DNA of 42,107 nucleotides, counting the filler, from an uncultured archaeon (GTDB taxonomy: Archaea; Nanobdellota; Nanobdellia; Woesearchaeales; CAIVOO01), in assembly GCA_903842985.1 (NCBI GenBank). It is 3 parts of 3 records of this genome, joined end to end, with 100 filler letters (N's around TTAATTAATTAA, not from the genome) between each part and the next. Parts side by side here need not be neighbours in the genome. Positions count along the whole stretch, not along the records: positions 8,296 to 18,974 come from CAIMOB010000059.1; positions 19,075 to 42,107 come from CAIMOB010000060.1; 1 more part is not named here. One strand, 5' to 3'. Made by a program: the position numbers and the translations under genes. Below the pieces are notes generated by a model. The model saw only the letters and a list, made by a program, of their open reading frames with translations, was not told the DNA's origin and did no database searches. This document shows positions 18,074 to 28,638 of the stretch, in pieces. Each line of letters starts with the position of its first letter. Position 1 is the stretch's first letter.

Positions 18074-18974
18074 ATGAAAATCAGCAAAATCTTTTCATTT
18101 TTAGTTTTATTCTTTCTAGCTGCAGCTGTTGTAAATGCAACAGGCGTAGCGACAATAACACCAGCGTCTCCTGCAAGCCACAATGCAAACTTGCTTTGCC
18201 AGGTGAGCTCAGGAAGCGGGTACACCTATAAATGGTACAGGAATGGGGGTTTGACTTCAGTTACTTCAAACACAGTTCCGGCAGCCAGCACGAACATAGG
18301 TGAAAGCTGGAAATGCGAAGTCTGGAAGTATCTTGGAGCAGCCGGCGGATGGGTTAAGTACGGCGAAGACACAGTAACAATAGGAGACAGTGCACCTGTG
18401 CTTGCTTCAATTGGAAACAAGAATGTAAATGAAAACGCACTTTTGACATTCACAATATCTGCAACAGATGCAGACGGAGACTCAATAACATATTCAGCTT
18501 CAGGTCTGCCTTCAGGGGCAAGCTTCAGCGGAACTACATTCAGCTGGACACCAACATATGACCAGTCAGGAACATATTCTGCAACATTCACAGCAAACGA
18601 TGGAGTCGGTGGAACAGCTTCACAGACAATCACAATTACAGTAAATAATTTTGACAGGGCTCCTGTTTTGAATTCAATCGGAAACAAGCAGACAAATGAG
18701 AACCAGGCTTTGACATTCTCAATTTCAGGCTCAGATCCTGATGGAAACAGCTTGACATACACTGCTTCAGGGCTTCCAAGCGGAGCAACATTATCGTCAA
18801 GCGGAGCATTCGGCTGGACACCGTCATATTCACAGTCAGGAACGTACCCAGGTATCACATTCACAGTCTCTGACGGCTCATTGACAGCTTCAGAAACAAT
18901 AACAATCACAGTCAATAATGTAAATAGAGTGCCTGGTTTGAATTCAATCGGAAACAAGCAGACAAATGAGAACC
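18074..18974 (+). CDS. Surface protein with tandem Ig/cadherin-like repeats, truncated at contig end
   Basis: Signal peptide; ~90-aa repeats APVL.SIGNK..NEN..L.F.IS..D.DG..TY.ASGLPSGA..F.WTP.Y.QSGTY. Confidence 0.88.
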
Positions 18975-19074
18975 NNNNNNNNNNNNNNNNNNNNNNNNNN
19001 NNNNNNNNNNNNNNNNNNTTAATTAATTAANNNNNNNNNNNNNNNNNNNNNNNNNNNNNNNNNNNNNNNNNNNN
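18975..19074. other. Artificial contig spacer
   Basis: Same 100-nt N/TTAATTAATTAA/N linker. Confidence 0.97.
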
Positions 19075-19143
19075 CGAGGGGGATTTGAACCCCCGACACC
19101 ACGGTCTTCAGCCGTGTGCTCTCCCAGGCTGAGCTACCGCCCC
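19075..19143 (-). tRNA. tRNA-Phe(GAA), 3' end cut by the gap
   Basis: GGGGCGG TA GCTC AGCCTGGGA GAGC A CACGG CT-GAA-GA CCGTG GTGTC GGGGG TTCAAAT CCCCC TCG... Confidence 0.93.
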
Positions 19144-19204
19144 TTAGTCTATTTCTTCTTCCTTGGCTTCAGGAAGCTCTTCTGTTATCTCTTCCTTTGC
19201 TTCC

Positions 19205-19504
19205 TCATGGCCCCCTGCCCTTTTCAACCACTTCAATTGTTCCGAGCCTGCCTGTTGTAAGCTGTTTTTCTCCCTGCCACTCGCTGACATATCCGTTCTT
19301 GATATGCACTTTGTCGCCAGCGTGAACAAGGTCAATCTGTTCGTTCCAAAGGCTTAATTTTATCTCTCCTGTTTCATCCTTAAGCCTGGCATTTGCAACC
19401 CTTCCTGACTTGCCGAACTTATTGAACTCCCTCGCAGCTCCAACTTCAACAACCTCTGCTATTAGCTCCGCATTTCCTTGCTTGACTTCTAAATCCTTTA
19501 TCAT
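19205..19504 (-). CDS. Single-OB-fold ssDNA-binding protein (SSB/RPA); acidic tail continues in the +1 frame to 19144
   Basis: GRVANARLKDETGEIKLSLWNEQ..GD.V.I.NGYV.EWQG..QL. Confidence 0.9.
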   Translation of the reverse strand: MIKDLEVKQGNAELIAEVVEVGAAREFNKFGKSGRVANARLKDETGEIKLSLWNEQIDLVHAGDKVHIKNGYVSEWQGEKQLTTGRLGTIEVVEKGRGP

Positions 19505-19527
19505 GGTAAAAGAAATAAACATATAAT

Positions 19528-20361
19528 TTATAAAGTTTTGCCAAGCGCCTTATCTATATCATTTCCTTGCCAGCCGCTCTGAACAAGCGATTCCTTTATT
19601 TGATCATCTGTATAACCCTGGCCTCTGCTGTTGTCCACATACAGCTTTAATTCAGTGTTTATCTTCGGCTGTTTCTTCTTTGTTAAAAGGAAAATAACCA
19701 AAATAACAAATACGGCGAGCAACGCAATAGTTATTATTAAGTTTGTGAGGTTTATTAGTGTTGCAGGCTTCTGAACAGTTCCTGTTTTCAGCGTTTCTAT
19801 CTCATTCTCAACATCTGCCGGAAGCGCGTAATCGGCGCAGCAGCCAAGCTGCACGCTTCTCATCTGCTCCTTGCTCCATTCAAAATATGCAGCTCCGCAG
19901 TACATCTGCTGGAATTCTGCATCACAGCTTATTGTTCCCCCGCTCTGCACATATTTTGACGGAAATAAGTAATAGCCGGTATTTCTTTGGTTTGCAAGGA
20001 AACTCGCGGGATCTGATTTAAAGCTTTCAAAATTTTCATAGGAGTTGAATTTTATTATGATTGCATTGTTTGACGGATCTGCACAGTACTTGAATTCTGG
20101 GGTAAATGCACCATTATTTTTGACAAGCTCGTAATAATATGTTGTATTCGCGTCCATTTCAATTACAGTACATATCTTTGCTCCCGAACCCAGAACCTTA
20201 AATGCATCGCCTGAAGCAATAACCTGCAAGTCTACCTGAACATCGCTTGACGGCCTTACAACATTTCCAGTAATTGAGCTGTTTGGATTATACAAATTTA
20301 GAATAATAAGCGCTATAAAAACCCCCAAAAGACTGCCTATTACTGCCTCTTTTCCCTTCAT
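19528..20361 (-). CDS. Hypothetical membrane protein
   Basis: N-terminal TM followed by ITGNVV, Cys-containing ectodomain, second TM, C-terminal GY...QI...L...GW motif. Confidence 0.75.
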   Translation of the reverse strand: MKGKEAVIGSLLGVFIALIILNLYNPNSSITGNVVRPSSDVQVDLQVIASGDAFKVLGSGAKICTVIEMDANTTYYYELVKNNGAFTPEFKYCADPSNNAIIIKFNSYENFESFKSDPASFLANQRNTGYYLFPSKYVQSGGTISCDAEFQQMYCGAAYFEWSKEQMRSVQLGCCADYALPADVENEIETLKTGTVQKPATLINLTNLIITIALLAVFVILVIFLLTKKKQPKINTELKLYVDNSRGQGYTDDQIKESLVQSGWQGNDIDKALGKTL

Positions 20362-21848
20362 ATTACCTCAAATTTTACTTCTTTATTTATTAATTTTCTC
20401 AAAATTTCACTTAAATCTTTGATTTTTACCCTTTTTTGCTTTGCGCTGTCCCTCTCCCTTAGGGTTATGTCATTTCCCTTTACAGAATCAAAATCAACAG
20501 TCAGGCAGAAAGGAGTTCCAATCTCATCCTGCCTTAAGTACCTTCTTCCAATTGCACCCGACTTGTCAAATACAGCAACAAAATTCTTGCTTAGCTCATC
20601 ATAAACCTTGTTTGAAATGCTTAACAGCTCATCTTTATTCATCAGAGGAAATATTGCAACTTTGACTGGCGCAAGTTTAACAGGCAGTTTCAGCAGCGAC
20701 TTGCCGTCTTCCTTTTCCTTTTTCTCGTAAAATAAGTCAAGCAGCGCAAAAACAGGCCTGTCTGTGCCAAAGGCAATTTCAAGAACATGCGGGACAATAT
20801 TTTTCTTCAAATCCTCGCTGAACATCTCGAGCTTTTTTCCTGAAAACTTTGCGTGCTGCTTCAAGTCATAGTCTGTCCTGTCATGGATTCCGCAGCACTC
20901 AAACCATCCGAATGTGTTCAGGTTTATCTCCAGGTCCCAGGCGTCATCTGCATAAAATGCTTTCTCTTCGGGAAAATGCTGCCTCATCCTTATCTTTTCC
21001 TCTGGAATTCCAATTTCCCTGAAAAGCTTGTAAGCGATAAACAGGCACCAGGCATATGCCTTGTTTTTCAGATATTTGTTTTTCAGCGCCTCGTCCAGCG
21101 TCATAATCTTTGGCTTTCCTTTTTCCTGCAGCTGGTGCGGCCAAAAAGGCAGCTTCTCGTTTTTCACTTTCTCATATTTTTCAAAACTATCTTTCTGGCT
21201 TTTTTCTATGAACAGCTGTGCTTCTGCCTGCGTAAATTCCCTGCATCTCATCACATGCTGCCTTGGGCTTATCTCATTCCTGTAAGCCTTTCCGATTTGG
21301 AAAACGCCGAATGGAACTTTTTTCCTGAAGAAATCTGCAAATCTCTGGAACGGAAGATATGTTGTTGTCGCTGTTTCAGGCCTGTTGTACGCCTCTGTGT
21401 CAACGCCGACTGTTGTGCGCATCATCAGGCTGTGCTTTTTGATTTCATTTTTGAAGCTGCCTTTGCAGCTTGGGCATTTAATCTTGCTGTCATTCACTTG
21501 TTTTAGAAGGTCATTGTCAGGCTTTATTCCTTGTTCCTCAAGCAATGTGTCAACCCTGAAAATTGATTCGCATTTTGAGCATTGAATCATTGGGTCTGAG
21601 AATCCGCCAAGATGCCCCGATGCCTCCCAAACTTCCTTCTTCATGACAGTCGGGCATTCAACTTCCCAGAAATCATTTGCCTGCAGAACGCTCCTTATCG
21701 CACCTTCCACATTGTTCTTGAGCAGCTTCCCAAGCGGCGCATAAGTGTAGAACCCGGCTGTCCCTCCATATATCTCTGGCTCAGGACCCCATATAAAACC
21801 TTTTTCAACAATATAGCTTACAAGCTCCTTAAGCTTTTCTGCTTCCAT
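20358..21848 (-). CDS. glyS: Glycyl-tRNA synthetase (alpha2 type)
   Basis: EIYGG, VWEASGH, RPETA, YRNEISPRQ..R.REFTQAE, IGRRYLRQDEIGTP. Confidence 0.97.
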   Translation of the reverse strand: MEAEKLKELVSYIVEKGFIWGPEPEIYGGTAGFYTYAPLGKLLKNNVEGAIRSVLQANDFWEVECPTVMKKEVWEASGHLGGFSDPMIQCSKCESIFRVDTLLEEQGIKPDNDLLKQVNDSKIKCPSCKGSFKNEIKKHSLMMRTTVGVDTEAYNRPETATTTYLPFQRFADFFRKKVPFGVFQIGKAYRNEISPRQHVMRCREFTQAEAQLFIEKSQKDSFEKYEKVKNEKLPFWPHQLQEKGKPKIMTLDEALKNKYLKNKAYAWCLFIAYKLFREIGIPEEKIRMRQHFPEEKAFYADDAWDLEINLNTFGWFECCGIHDRTDYDLKQHAKFSGKKLEMFSEDLKKNIVPHVLEIAFGTDRPVFALLDLFYEKKEKEDGKSLLKLPVKLAPVKVAIFPLMNKDELLSISNKVYDELSKNFVAVFDKSGAIGRRYLRQDEIGTPFCLTVDFDSVKGNDITLRERDSAKQKRVKIKDLSEILRKLINKEVKFEVI

Positions 21849-21896
21849 ATATGACTTCAAGCAGGGTTTATTTATATATTTTTGCGTTTTGCAATA

Positions 21897-22442
21897 TTAA
21901 GAAAGAAGCTCCTTGAGAACAGTTTTCCAATTATTCCAGTTAATTCTTCTTTTGGAATTAACTAACCTGTTATATGGCTGGTCGTATATGATATGCTCCC
22001 ATTCAGGGATTTTTACGCCAGTTATTTCAGGGTTATCATCGATAAGCCTGCCCCCTGATACAAGTGTCTTGTCTTTTGCAACGATAATTTTCCTGACCCA
22101 TTCTTTTCCAAGATTTTTCTCCACCCATTTGTATTTTTCCAGGACGCAGTTTTCATACTTTGAAAGAGGGCTTGTGCAGATAAACACATCATGCTTTTTG
22201 CTAATCTCCAGCATGGCTTCGATACTGCCTTCAATTACAGGCAGCGAAAGGTAGAATCCGGGGGCCTGGTAAACAGATTCGACTATTGGGCGCAGTTCCT
22301 TTGGATATTGGTTTTTGGTGTGAAACACAGTTCTTTTTTCAAGCGGAACATAATACTTGTCAGGATGCTGTTTTCTGTAATTGTCTAAAAAACCTTTTTC
22401 AAAATTTGCGATTACCCCATCCATGTCAATTAATATTATCAT
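21897..22442 (-). CDS. 5'(3')-deoxyribonucleotidase (NT5C family, HAD)
   Basis: IDMDGVIANF, ICTSP, EKYKWV, DKT.V.G..LIDDNP, PYN. Confidence 0.9.
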   Translation of the reverse strand: MIILIDMDGVIANFEKGFLDNYRKQHPDKYYVPLEKRTVFHTKNQYPKELRPIVESVYQAPGFYLSLPVIEGSIEAMLEISKKHDVFICTSPLSKYENCVLEKYKWVEKNLGKEWVRKIIVAKDKTLVSGGRLIDDNPEITGVKIPEWEHIIYDQPYNRLVNSKRRINWNNWKTVLKELLS

Positions 22443-22457
22443 GCTTCCAGCAATACT

Positions 22458-23099
22458 TCACTTTTTTCCTTCCCATTCATCCATAAACTCTTTCATGAAT
22501 AGTTTAACAAAATTGTACCTGCGCGTTGCTATTTTTCTTCCAGTTTTTGTATTGAATGATTCCGGATTTATTTTCAATATTTTTTCATAAAAATGAACAA
22601 AACTTGATTCTGATGCAGAACCATCATAATGTTTCCTTGGTTTTGCAGTATCTGAATGTATTGGCCTGTTCGTTTTTCCGCCATAGGCAAATACCCTTGC
22701 AATAGCAATTGCCCCAATTGCATCGAGCCTGTCAGCATCCTGAATTATCCTTGCTTCCTTTGTTTCTGCTTTTAAGCCCCTGCTGAATCTGTGCAGTCTT
22801 ATTGCTTCACAGACTCCTTTGATTTTCTCTTTTGGAAAATCTGTTTTTTCTAAAATTTTTCTTGCAATCTTAGCACCTTCTTCTGCATGGCACTTTATTT
22901 TGCCATTTTCCTCATCCATTCTTGCGATGTCATGCAGCAGGGCAGCTGCCTTTATTATGTCCAGGTCAGCTTTCTCATTTTTTCCCAGTTTTATTGCAAG
23001 CCTGTAAACTCTTTCCACGTGGCTGAATTCATGGCTGCCGCCGGTTTCCATAGACTCCTTTACTTTCTTTTTCAGTTTTTCAAAAAATATTTTATTCAT
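22458..23099 (-). CDS. HD-domain phosphohydrolase
   Basis: H..SHVERV, AALLHDI, QDADRLDAIGAI.IAR, HFYEKI. Confidence 0.9.
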   Translation of the reverse strand: MNKIFFEKLKKKVKESMETGGSHEFSHVERVYRLAIKLGKNEKADLDIIKAAALLHDIARMDEENGKIKCHAEEGAKIARKILEKTDFPKEKIKGVCEAIRLHRFSRGLKAETKEARIIQDADRLDAIGAIAIARVFAYGGKTNRPIHSDTAKPRKHYDGSASESSFVHFYEKILKINPESFNTKTGRKIATRRYNFVKLFMKEFMDEWEGKK

Positions 23100-23100
23100 C

Positions 23101-24312
23101 TTATGCTTCCAGCCACCCAACCTCTTCCTTGCTTAAATCAAGAAAGTCAGCCAGCCCTTTTGCATCTTTTTTGTTCTTCTCAAAAATAACCTTCAGGTAA
23201 GGAAGCGTGCCCTGTAGTGCTTTCTTTGCAGAGCAGTGAGTTTTTAGCGCAATCTTCTCGGCAATGGCTTTTCTTTTCTGGTATCTCATGTTTGCCTGCC
23301 AGAGCTTCAATATCCTTGTTGTCGGCCTGTAGCTTACAAAATTGTCATATTTCTTGTCTTTTGAAACCGCAACCCCTGCTGTCAGGAATGAATTTATGTA
23401 GACAAGATAGCGCCAGTCCTGCCTTCTCATTATTCTTTTCCCAAAGATATCAGCCAGAGAAAGATAGTGATATGCCTTTGCAAGCTCGTGCGGTTTTGTG
23501 TATTCCTTTGGCAGGTTTTCATCCAGCCAAAGAATCAGCTTATCTTTGTCTTCATCAACCCTTTCAAAAGCATCAATTGCAACAAGCGGGTCTGTTGTCT
23601 TGAAAACCTTGGTCAGCCCCTGAATCACAGATTCTGTCTTTTCCCTTTCAGAAAGATTTTCAAGCATTTCTTTTGTCAGTTTCTTGCCAGTTGTCAGGCC
23701 CTCCAAATCATTTATCGCCGCCCTCAAGTCGCCGCCAACCATTCTCGCAAGCATTTTCAGCGCCATTTCGTCAAATTCAATATTTTCCTTTTCGCATATC
23801 TTCTTAAGGACATTGAAAACCTGCAGAGAATTCAAAAGCTCGAATTCAACAAGTTCTGACCTTGTCCTGAGCTCGGAAAATTTCTTGTCAAATGGGTTGT
23901 TCGCAATCATTATTATTGGATAAAATGAATTTTCAATCAATTTTGCAAGGACAGAAACGCCTCCCCTGTCCTCCTGCCCGGAAATTCCGTCAATCTCATC
24001 AAGCATTATTATTTTTCCCTGAAAGAAAAAGCTTTTCTGCTTCAGCGCATTCCCGACAATGCTTTCAATCGCCTCTGCATTCCTTGTGTCAGACGCGTTT
24101 ATCTCAAGCAGTTCACAGTTTAGCTCATTTGCCAGCCCCTTCACAGCTGTGCTCTTCCCGCAGCCAACGGGGCCGTAGACTATCAATGCTTTTTTCTTCT
24201 GCTTTGAGAAGTTCGCAACAAAATCTCTTAGCCTTGCAACTCCTTTTTCCTGGCCTTCAATCTCTTTTAGAGATTTAGGCTCATACCTCTTGACCCAAGG
24301 ACCCCCATTCAT
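23101..24312 (-). CDS. rfcL: Replication factor C large subunit
   Basis: PWVKRYEP, GPVGCGKS, EINASD, DEIDG, GDLRAAINDL, WLDENLP. Confidence 0.92.
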   Translation of the reverse strand: MNGGPWVKRYEPKSLKEIEGQEKGVARLRDFVANFSKQKKKALIVYGPVGCGKSTAVKGLANELNCELLEINASDTRNAEAIESIVGNALKQKSFFFQGKIIMLDEIDGISGQEDRGGVSVLAKLIENSFYPIIMIANNPFDKKFSELRTRSELVEFELLNSLQVFNVLKKICEKENIEFDEMALKMLARMVGGDLRAAINDLEGLTTGKKLTKEMLENLSEREKTESVIQGLTKVFKTTDPLVAIDAFERVDEDKDKLILWLDENLPKEYTKPHELAKAYHYLSLADIFGKRIMRRQDWRYLVYINSFLTAGVAVSKDKKYDNFVSYRPTTRILKLWQANMRYQKRKAIAEKIALKTHCSAKKALQGTLPYLKVIFEKNKKDAKGLADFLDLSKEEVGWLEA

Positions 24313-24408
24313 ATTAACCCAAATGTTTTTTCGCCTTATATAAATATCTATTCTTAAGTATATAAAAAATAGTAAAGCATTTAAATTATCTCACAGATAA
24401 TCCACCAA

Positions 24409-26787
24409 ATGGAGTCTAAACTGAAGGACAAGGCATGGACAAAGGAGTTTGAGAAGCCAATATCTGCTGAATTCCTTAAAAACCCGTTTAAATTTGATAA
24501 AAAGTCATTAAAGCTTGTTTATTCTATAGACACTCCTCCGCCCTACGTTAACACGCCGATTCACATGGGCCATGCAGCAACCTATTCGCTGATGGACATG
24601 TTCGCGAGATTCAGGAGAATGATTGGCTTTGATGTTATTTTTCCGCTTGGATTGGACAGGAATGGGCTGCCGATTGAGATGGCTGCTGAAAAAAAATCCG
24701 GAAAGAAATTCAACGAAGTCAGCAGGGAAGAATTTCTGAAAATATGCGAAAAGGTCCTTGAAGAGGCAAGCACAGAATCAGTTGATTCATTCCAGAAGCT
24801 GGCAATAAGCTTCAACTCCTGGAAGCTCGGCACAGGGATAGGCGACCTTTACCACACAGATTCCGCCGACTACAGGGCATTGACGCAGGAGACATTCATT
24901 GATTTGTACAACAAGGGGCTGATTTATGAGGATGAAAGAGTCAATAACTACTGCCCCGGCTGCCAGACAACATTGGCAGATGCGGAAGTTATTTACGAAA
25001 ACAAGCCAACCATCTTTAATGACATTATTTTCAAGATCAAGGAGACAGGCGAGGAAATAACAATCGGCACAACAAGGCCCGAATTAATCTGCACATGCAG
25101 GATGGTCATATTCAATCCAGAAGATAAAAGATACCAGCATCTCAGCGGAAAAACCGCGCTAACTCCAATTTTTGAAAAAGAAATCCAAATAAAAGCGCAT
25201 CCGATGGCAGAGATAGAGAAAGGAACAGGACTTGCCATGATGTGCTCTGCAGGAGACCTTTCTGACATACGTTTCTTTAGAGAGATGGGAATTGTTCCCG
25301 TTATAGCGATAAGCGCTGACGGGACAATGAACAGCCACGCAGGATTCCTTGAAGGGCTGAAGGTAAAGGAAGCAAGAAAAAAGATAATTGAAACGCTTAA
25401 GGAAAAAGGGCTTCTTGTAAAGCAGACGCAGATAAACCACAGAACTCCAGTCTGCGAGCGCTCAAAAGACGAGATAGAGTTCATAGCAATGAAGGAATTT
25501 TATCTCAAGCAGACAGATTTCAAGGACAAAATGATACAGCTCGCTGACAAGGTAAATTTTTACGCTCCTGAAAGCAAGCAGATTTATCTTGACTGGGTCA
25601 ATTCAATATCAATCGACTGGCCAATATCAAGAAGAAGGTATTATGCAACAGAAGTCCCGGTATGGTGGTGCGAATGCGGAGAGATGATTCTTCCGCCGAA
25701 GGGAAAGTACTACAGGCCATGGAAAGAGCCATCTCCTGTCAAGAAATGCCCGAAATGCGGCTCAGCAAAGATAAAAGGCGACGAAAGGGTGTTTGACACA
25801 TGGTTTGACTCATCAATCTCACCTCTTTACATACTGAAATATTCAAGGGACAATGAATTTTTTGAGAAAAACAGCAGGTGCTCGCTAAGGCCTCAGGGAA
25901 AAGAGATAATCAGGACCTGGCTTTATTATACATTATTCAAGGACTATCTGCTGACAGGCAAGCCAATATTTAGGGATGTTTGGATAAACTATCATATTCT
26001 CGACGACAAAGGGAAGAAGATGTCCAAATCAGCAGGCAATGTTATTGATCCACAGGAGATAATTAAAAAGTTTGGCGCAGAGCCGCTCAGGCTGTGGTGC
26101 GCTGTTGAAGGCAATCTTGACAGCACAGACTTCAGGTGCTCTGAGGAAAGAATCGAAGGCGCAGGCAAGACGCTGACAAAATTATGGAATGTTTCACGCT
26201 TCATCCTGATGTTTCCGGAGCCAGAGGGAAAAGTAGAACTGACTGCGCTTGACAAGTGGATAATAAATGAGATAAACTCAATTGTAAATGATGCAAGAGC
26301 AAAGTTTGAAAAATATGATTTCCACAATCCAATAACTGCGCTTAAAAATTTCCTTTGGGAGACACTTGCCTCGCACTATCTTGAGCTTGTCAAGGGAAGG
26401 GCTTACAATGACAACAGCAAATTTTCAAAAGAGGAGCAGAACGCAGCAGTCTTTACACTGACATACTGCCTTGAGAAAATGCTTAAGGTGTTTGCACCCG
26501 TCATCCCGATGATATCATACAAGATTTACAATGATTTCAAGGGCAAGAACATCCATCTTGAGGAATTTCCGAAAGCTGACAAGAAATACGAATTGGAATT
26601 TACAAGGGAGGAGCTGATGGGGTTAAATTCTTTAATATGGAAAACAAAGAAAGATGCGGGGAAAAGCTTAAAAGCTGAAGTAATTCTTCTGACAATGCCC
26701 GAGAAATTCAAGAGCATCGAGGCAGACCTTAAAGAGGCGCACAGCGTAAAAGAGATAAAATATGGAGAAATTGGGGTGAAAATATGA
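24409..26787 (+). CDS. valS: Valyl-tRNA synthetase
   Basis: IDTPPP, HMGH, TTRPE, DWPISRRR, VFDTWFDSS, KMSKS. Confidence 0.93.
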   Translation: MESKLKDKAWTKEFEKPISAEFLKNPFKFDKKSLKLVYSIDTPPPYVNTPIHMGHAATYSLMDMFARFRRMIGFDVIFPLGLDRNGLPIEMAAEKKSGKKFNEVSREEFLKICEKVLEEASTESVDSFQKLAISFNSWKLGTGIGDLYHTDSADYRALTQETFIDLYNKGLIYEDERVNNYCPGCQTTLADAEVIYENKPTIFNDIIFKIKETGEEITIGTTRPELICTCRMVIFNPEDKRYQHLSGKTALTPIFEKEIQIKAHPMAEIEKGTGLAMMCSAGDLSDIRFFREMGIVPVIAISADGTMNSHAGFLEGLKVKEARKKIIETLKEKGLLVKQTQINHRTPVCERSKDEIEFIAMKEFYLKQTDFKDKMIQLADKVNFYAPESKQIYLDWVNSISIDWPISRRRYYATEVPVWWCECGEMILPPKGKYYRPWKEPSPVKKCPKCGSAKIKGDERVFDTWFDSSISPLYILKYSRDNEFFEKNSRCSLRPQGKEIIRTWLYYTLFKDYLLTGKPIFRDVWINYHILDDKGKKMSKSAGNVIDPQEIIKKFGAEPLRLWCAVEGNLDSTDFRCSEERIEGAGKTLTKLWNVSRFILMFPEPEGKVELTALDKWIINEINSIVNDARAKFEKYDFHNPITALKNFLWETLASHYLELVKGRAYNDNSKFSKEEQNAAVFTLTYCLEKMLKVFAPVIPMISYKIYNDFKGKNIHLEEFPKADKKYELEFTREELMGLNSLIWKTKKDAGKSLKAEVILLTMPEKFKSIEADLKEAHSVKEIKYGEIGVKI

Positions 26788-27167
26788 ATGCAGTTAGTGA
26801 TTTGTTTGATTATAGCAACATAAAAGTGCAGGGAGACAGCCACGTCAAATTGTATATGCAGAATCTGCTTTTGCAAGTTATTTTGAGAGGCAAAATGCTT
26901 TTGAGCGAGTCTTCAAGGAAAAAAATGGCCAGACAAAAGACCATCAGCATAGATGACTTAGGAGATGTTCTTGAAAAAGAAGGTGTCGAGATAGAAAAAA
27001 TAATAAATTCAGGAAACTATATCAAAATAGAAGTTGTCTACAACCCTCCTTTCAGTCTCGTGGAGATTCCTTTCAATAATTTTGGAAAAAAACAAGCTGA
27101 ATTGCTTCTCAACAAAACAGAAGGCAATTACAGAAACAAAGTTGATTTTTGGCAGGGCAGGCGTTAA
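26784..27167 (+). CDS. Hypothetical protein
   Basis: 127-aa ORF with ATGA overlap to valS, filling the gap to cysS. Confidence 0.55.
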   Translation: MNAVSDLFDYSNIKVQGDSHVKLYMQNLLLQVILRGKMLLSESSRKKMARQKTISIDDLGDVLEKEGVEIEKIINSGNYIKIEVVYNPPFSLVEIPFNNFGKKQAELLLNKTEGNYRNKVDFWQGRR

Positions 27168-28576
27168 ATCTTTTTCAGCCTTGGGCCGGAATCGCCGTCG
27201 AGAATCATAAATCCATTTTTCTTTATTTTTTCCCTTATTTCATCTGCCTTAGTCCAGTCCTTTTCCTTTCTTGCTTTTTCCCTGTCTTCAAGAAGTTTTA
27301 AAACATCTTTCGGCGCCTTTGTTTCTTTCTCTTCCTTCAGAATCGCGAATACTTTGTCAAAGTCCTTCACTAAATTATAGCTTTCAAGAACATTCTTCTG
27401 GTCAAGCTTTTTCTCTGCAATGAACTTGTTTATCTTGTTCATGAAGTCAAACATGACAGCAACTGCCTTTGGCGTGTCTAAATCAAAATTAATGGCTTCG
27501 CTGAATTCCTCTTTTGATTTTTCAATCAGCTTGTCAATTTCCTCGTTGTGCCCGCTCTTGGCTTTCAGGTTTTTCAGGACATCCATAAACTCCAGCACCC
27601 TTTTCCAGGCAGTGTCAGCTGCCTTCAGCCCTTCCCAGGTGAAATTCAGCGGCGTGCGGTAATGCGTTATCAAAAATAGGTATCTCAATGCCAGCGGCTC
27701 GAATCCTTTTTTTTCAATGTCCTGCAGCCTCATGAAATTGCCAAGGCTCTTTGACATCTTTTCCCCTTCAATATTCAGGAAGCGGGTGTGCATCCATATT
27801 CTCACAAATTTCTTTCCTGTCGCGCCCTCGCTCTGTGCAATTTCATTTTCGTGATGCGGGAATATATTGTCTTCACCGCCAGTATGTATGTCAAGTTCAT
27901 CACCCAAATATTTTGTAGACATTGCGCTGCATTCAATGTGCCAGCCAGGATAACCCCTGCCCCAGGGCGAGTCCCACTGCATCAGATGCCCTGGCTTTGC
28001 AATAATCCAGAGCGCGAAATCAGCAGGATGCTTTTTTTCAGGATTTACCTCTATTCTTGCGCCGACTTCCAGCTTTTCAACAGTATTTCCTGATAATTTT
28101 CCGTAATCCTTGAATTTTGGCACATTGTAATAAATCCCATCAGTGATTTTATAGGCGTAGCCATTGTCCAATAATTTTTTAATCAGTCCCTGCATTTCCT
28201 TTATGTGCTCTGTTGCCTTGCAGATTATGTGCGGTTCAAGAATATTCAGCTTCCTCCTGTTTTCCATAAATATTTTTGTATAAAATTCACAGATTTGCCC
28301 GGGCGTCTTTTTTTCTCTTTCAGATGCCAGCAGCATTTTGTCTACATCGCCTTCTGTCAGGTGGCCGACATCAGTTATATTCATCACCTGCCTGACTTTT
28401 AATTTGTTGTATTCGAGAACCCTTCGCATTATGTCAGCCATTGTATATGTCCACATATGCCCAAGATGGTCGTAATCATAAACAGTCGGCCCGCAGTTGT
28501 AAATCCTTACAAAATCTTTCTTAACAGGCTTAAACTCCTCTATCTTTTTGCTTAATGTATTGTAAAATTTTATCAT
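27164..28576 (-). CDS. cysS: Cysteinyl-tRNA synthetase
   Basis: [32 protein letters not shown]. Confidence 0.97.
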   Translation of the reverse strand: MIKFYNTLSKKIEEFKPVKKDFVRIYNCGPTVYDYDHLGHMWTYTMADIMRRVLEYNKLKVRQVMNITDVGHLTEGDVDKMLLASEREKKTPGQICEFYTKIFMENRRKLNILEPHIICKATEHIKEMQGLIKKLLDNGYAYKITDGIYYNVPKFKDYGKLSGNTVEKLEVGARIEVNPEKKHPADFALWIIAKPGHLMQWDSPWGRGYPGWHIECSAMSTKYLGDELDIHTGGEDNIFPHHENEIAQSEGATGKKFVRIWMHTRFLNIEGEKMSKSLGNFMRLQDIEKKGFEPLALRYLFLITHYRTPLNFTWEGLKAADTAWKRVLEFMDVLKNLKAKSGHNEEIDKLIEKSKEEFSEAINFDLDTPKAVAVMFDFMNKINKFIAEKKLDQKNVLESYNLVKDFDKVFAILKEEKETKAPKDVLKLLEDREKARKEKDWTKADEIREKIKKNGFMILDGDSGPRLKKI

Positions 28577-28638
28577 ATGCTATATTCTTGAATAGAAGTT
28601 TATATATTTTTCTGTCAGAGACTTTGTCTTTGATCATC

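Noticed and set aside
18667..18974. 38-nt exact repeat (18667-18704 and 18937-18974) as CRISPR or att site
   Set aside because: It is the in-frame start of successive Ig repeats (270-nt period) and probably caused the contig break.
19205..19207. TGA readthrough or recoding in SSB
   Set aside because: In-frame readthrough gives only GSKGRDNRRAS before another TGA; TGA is a normal stop in several genes here.
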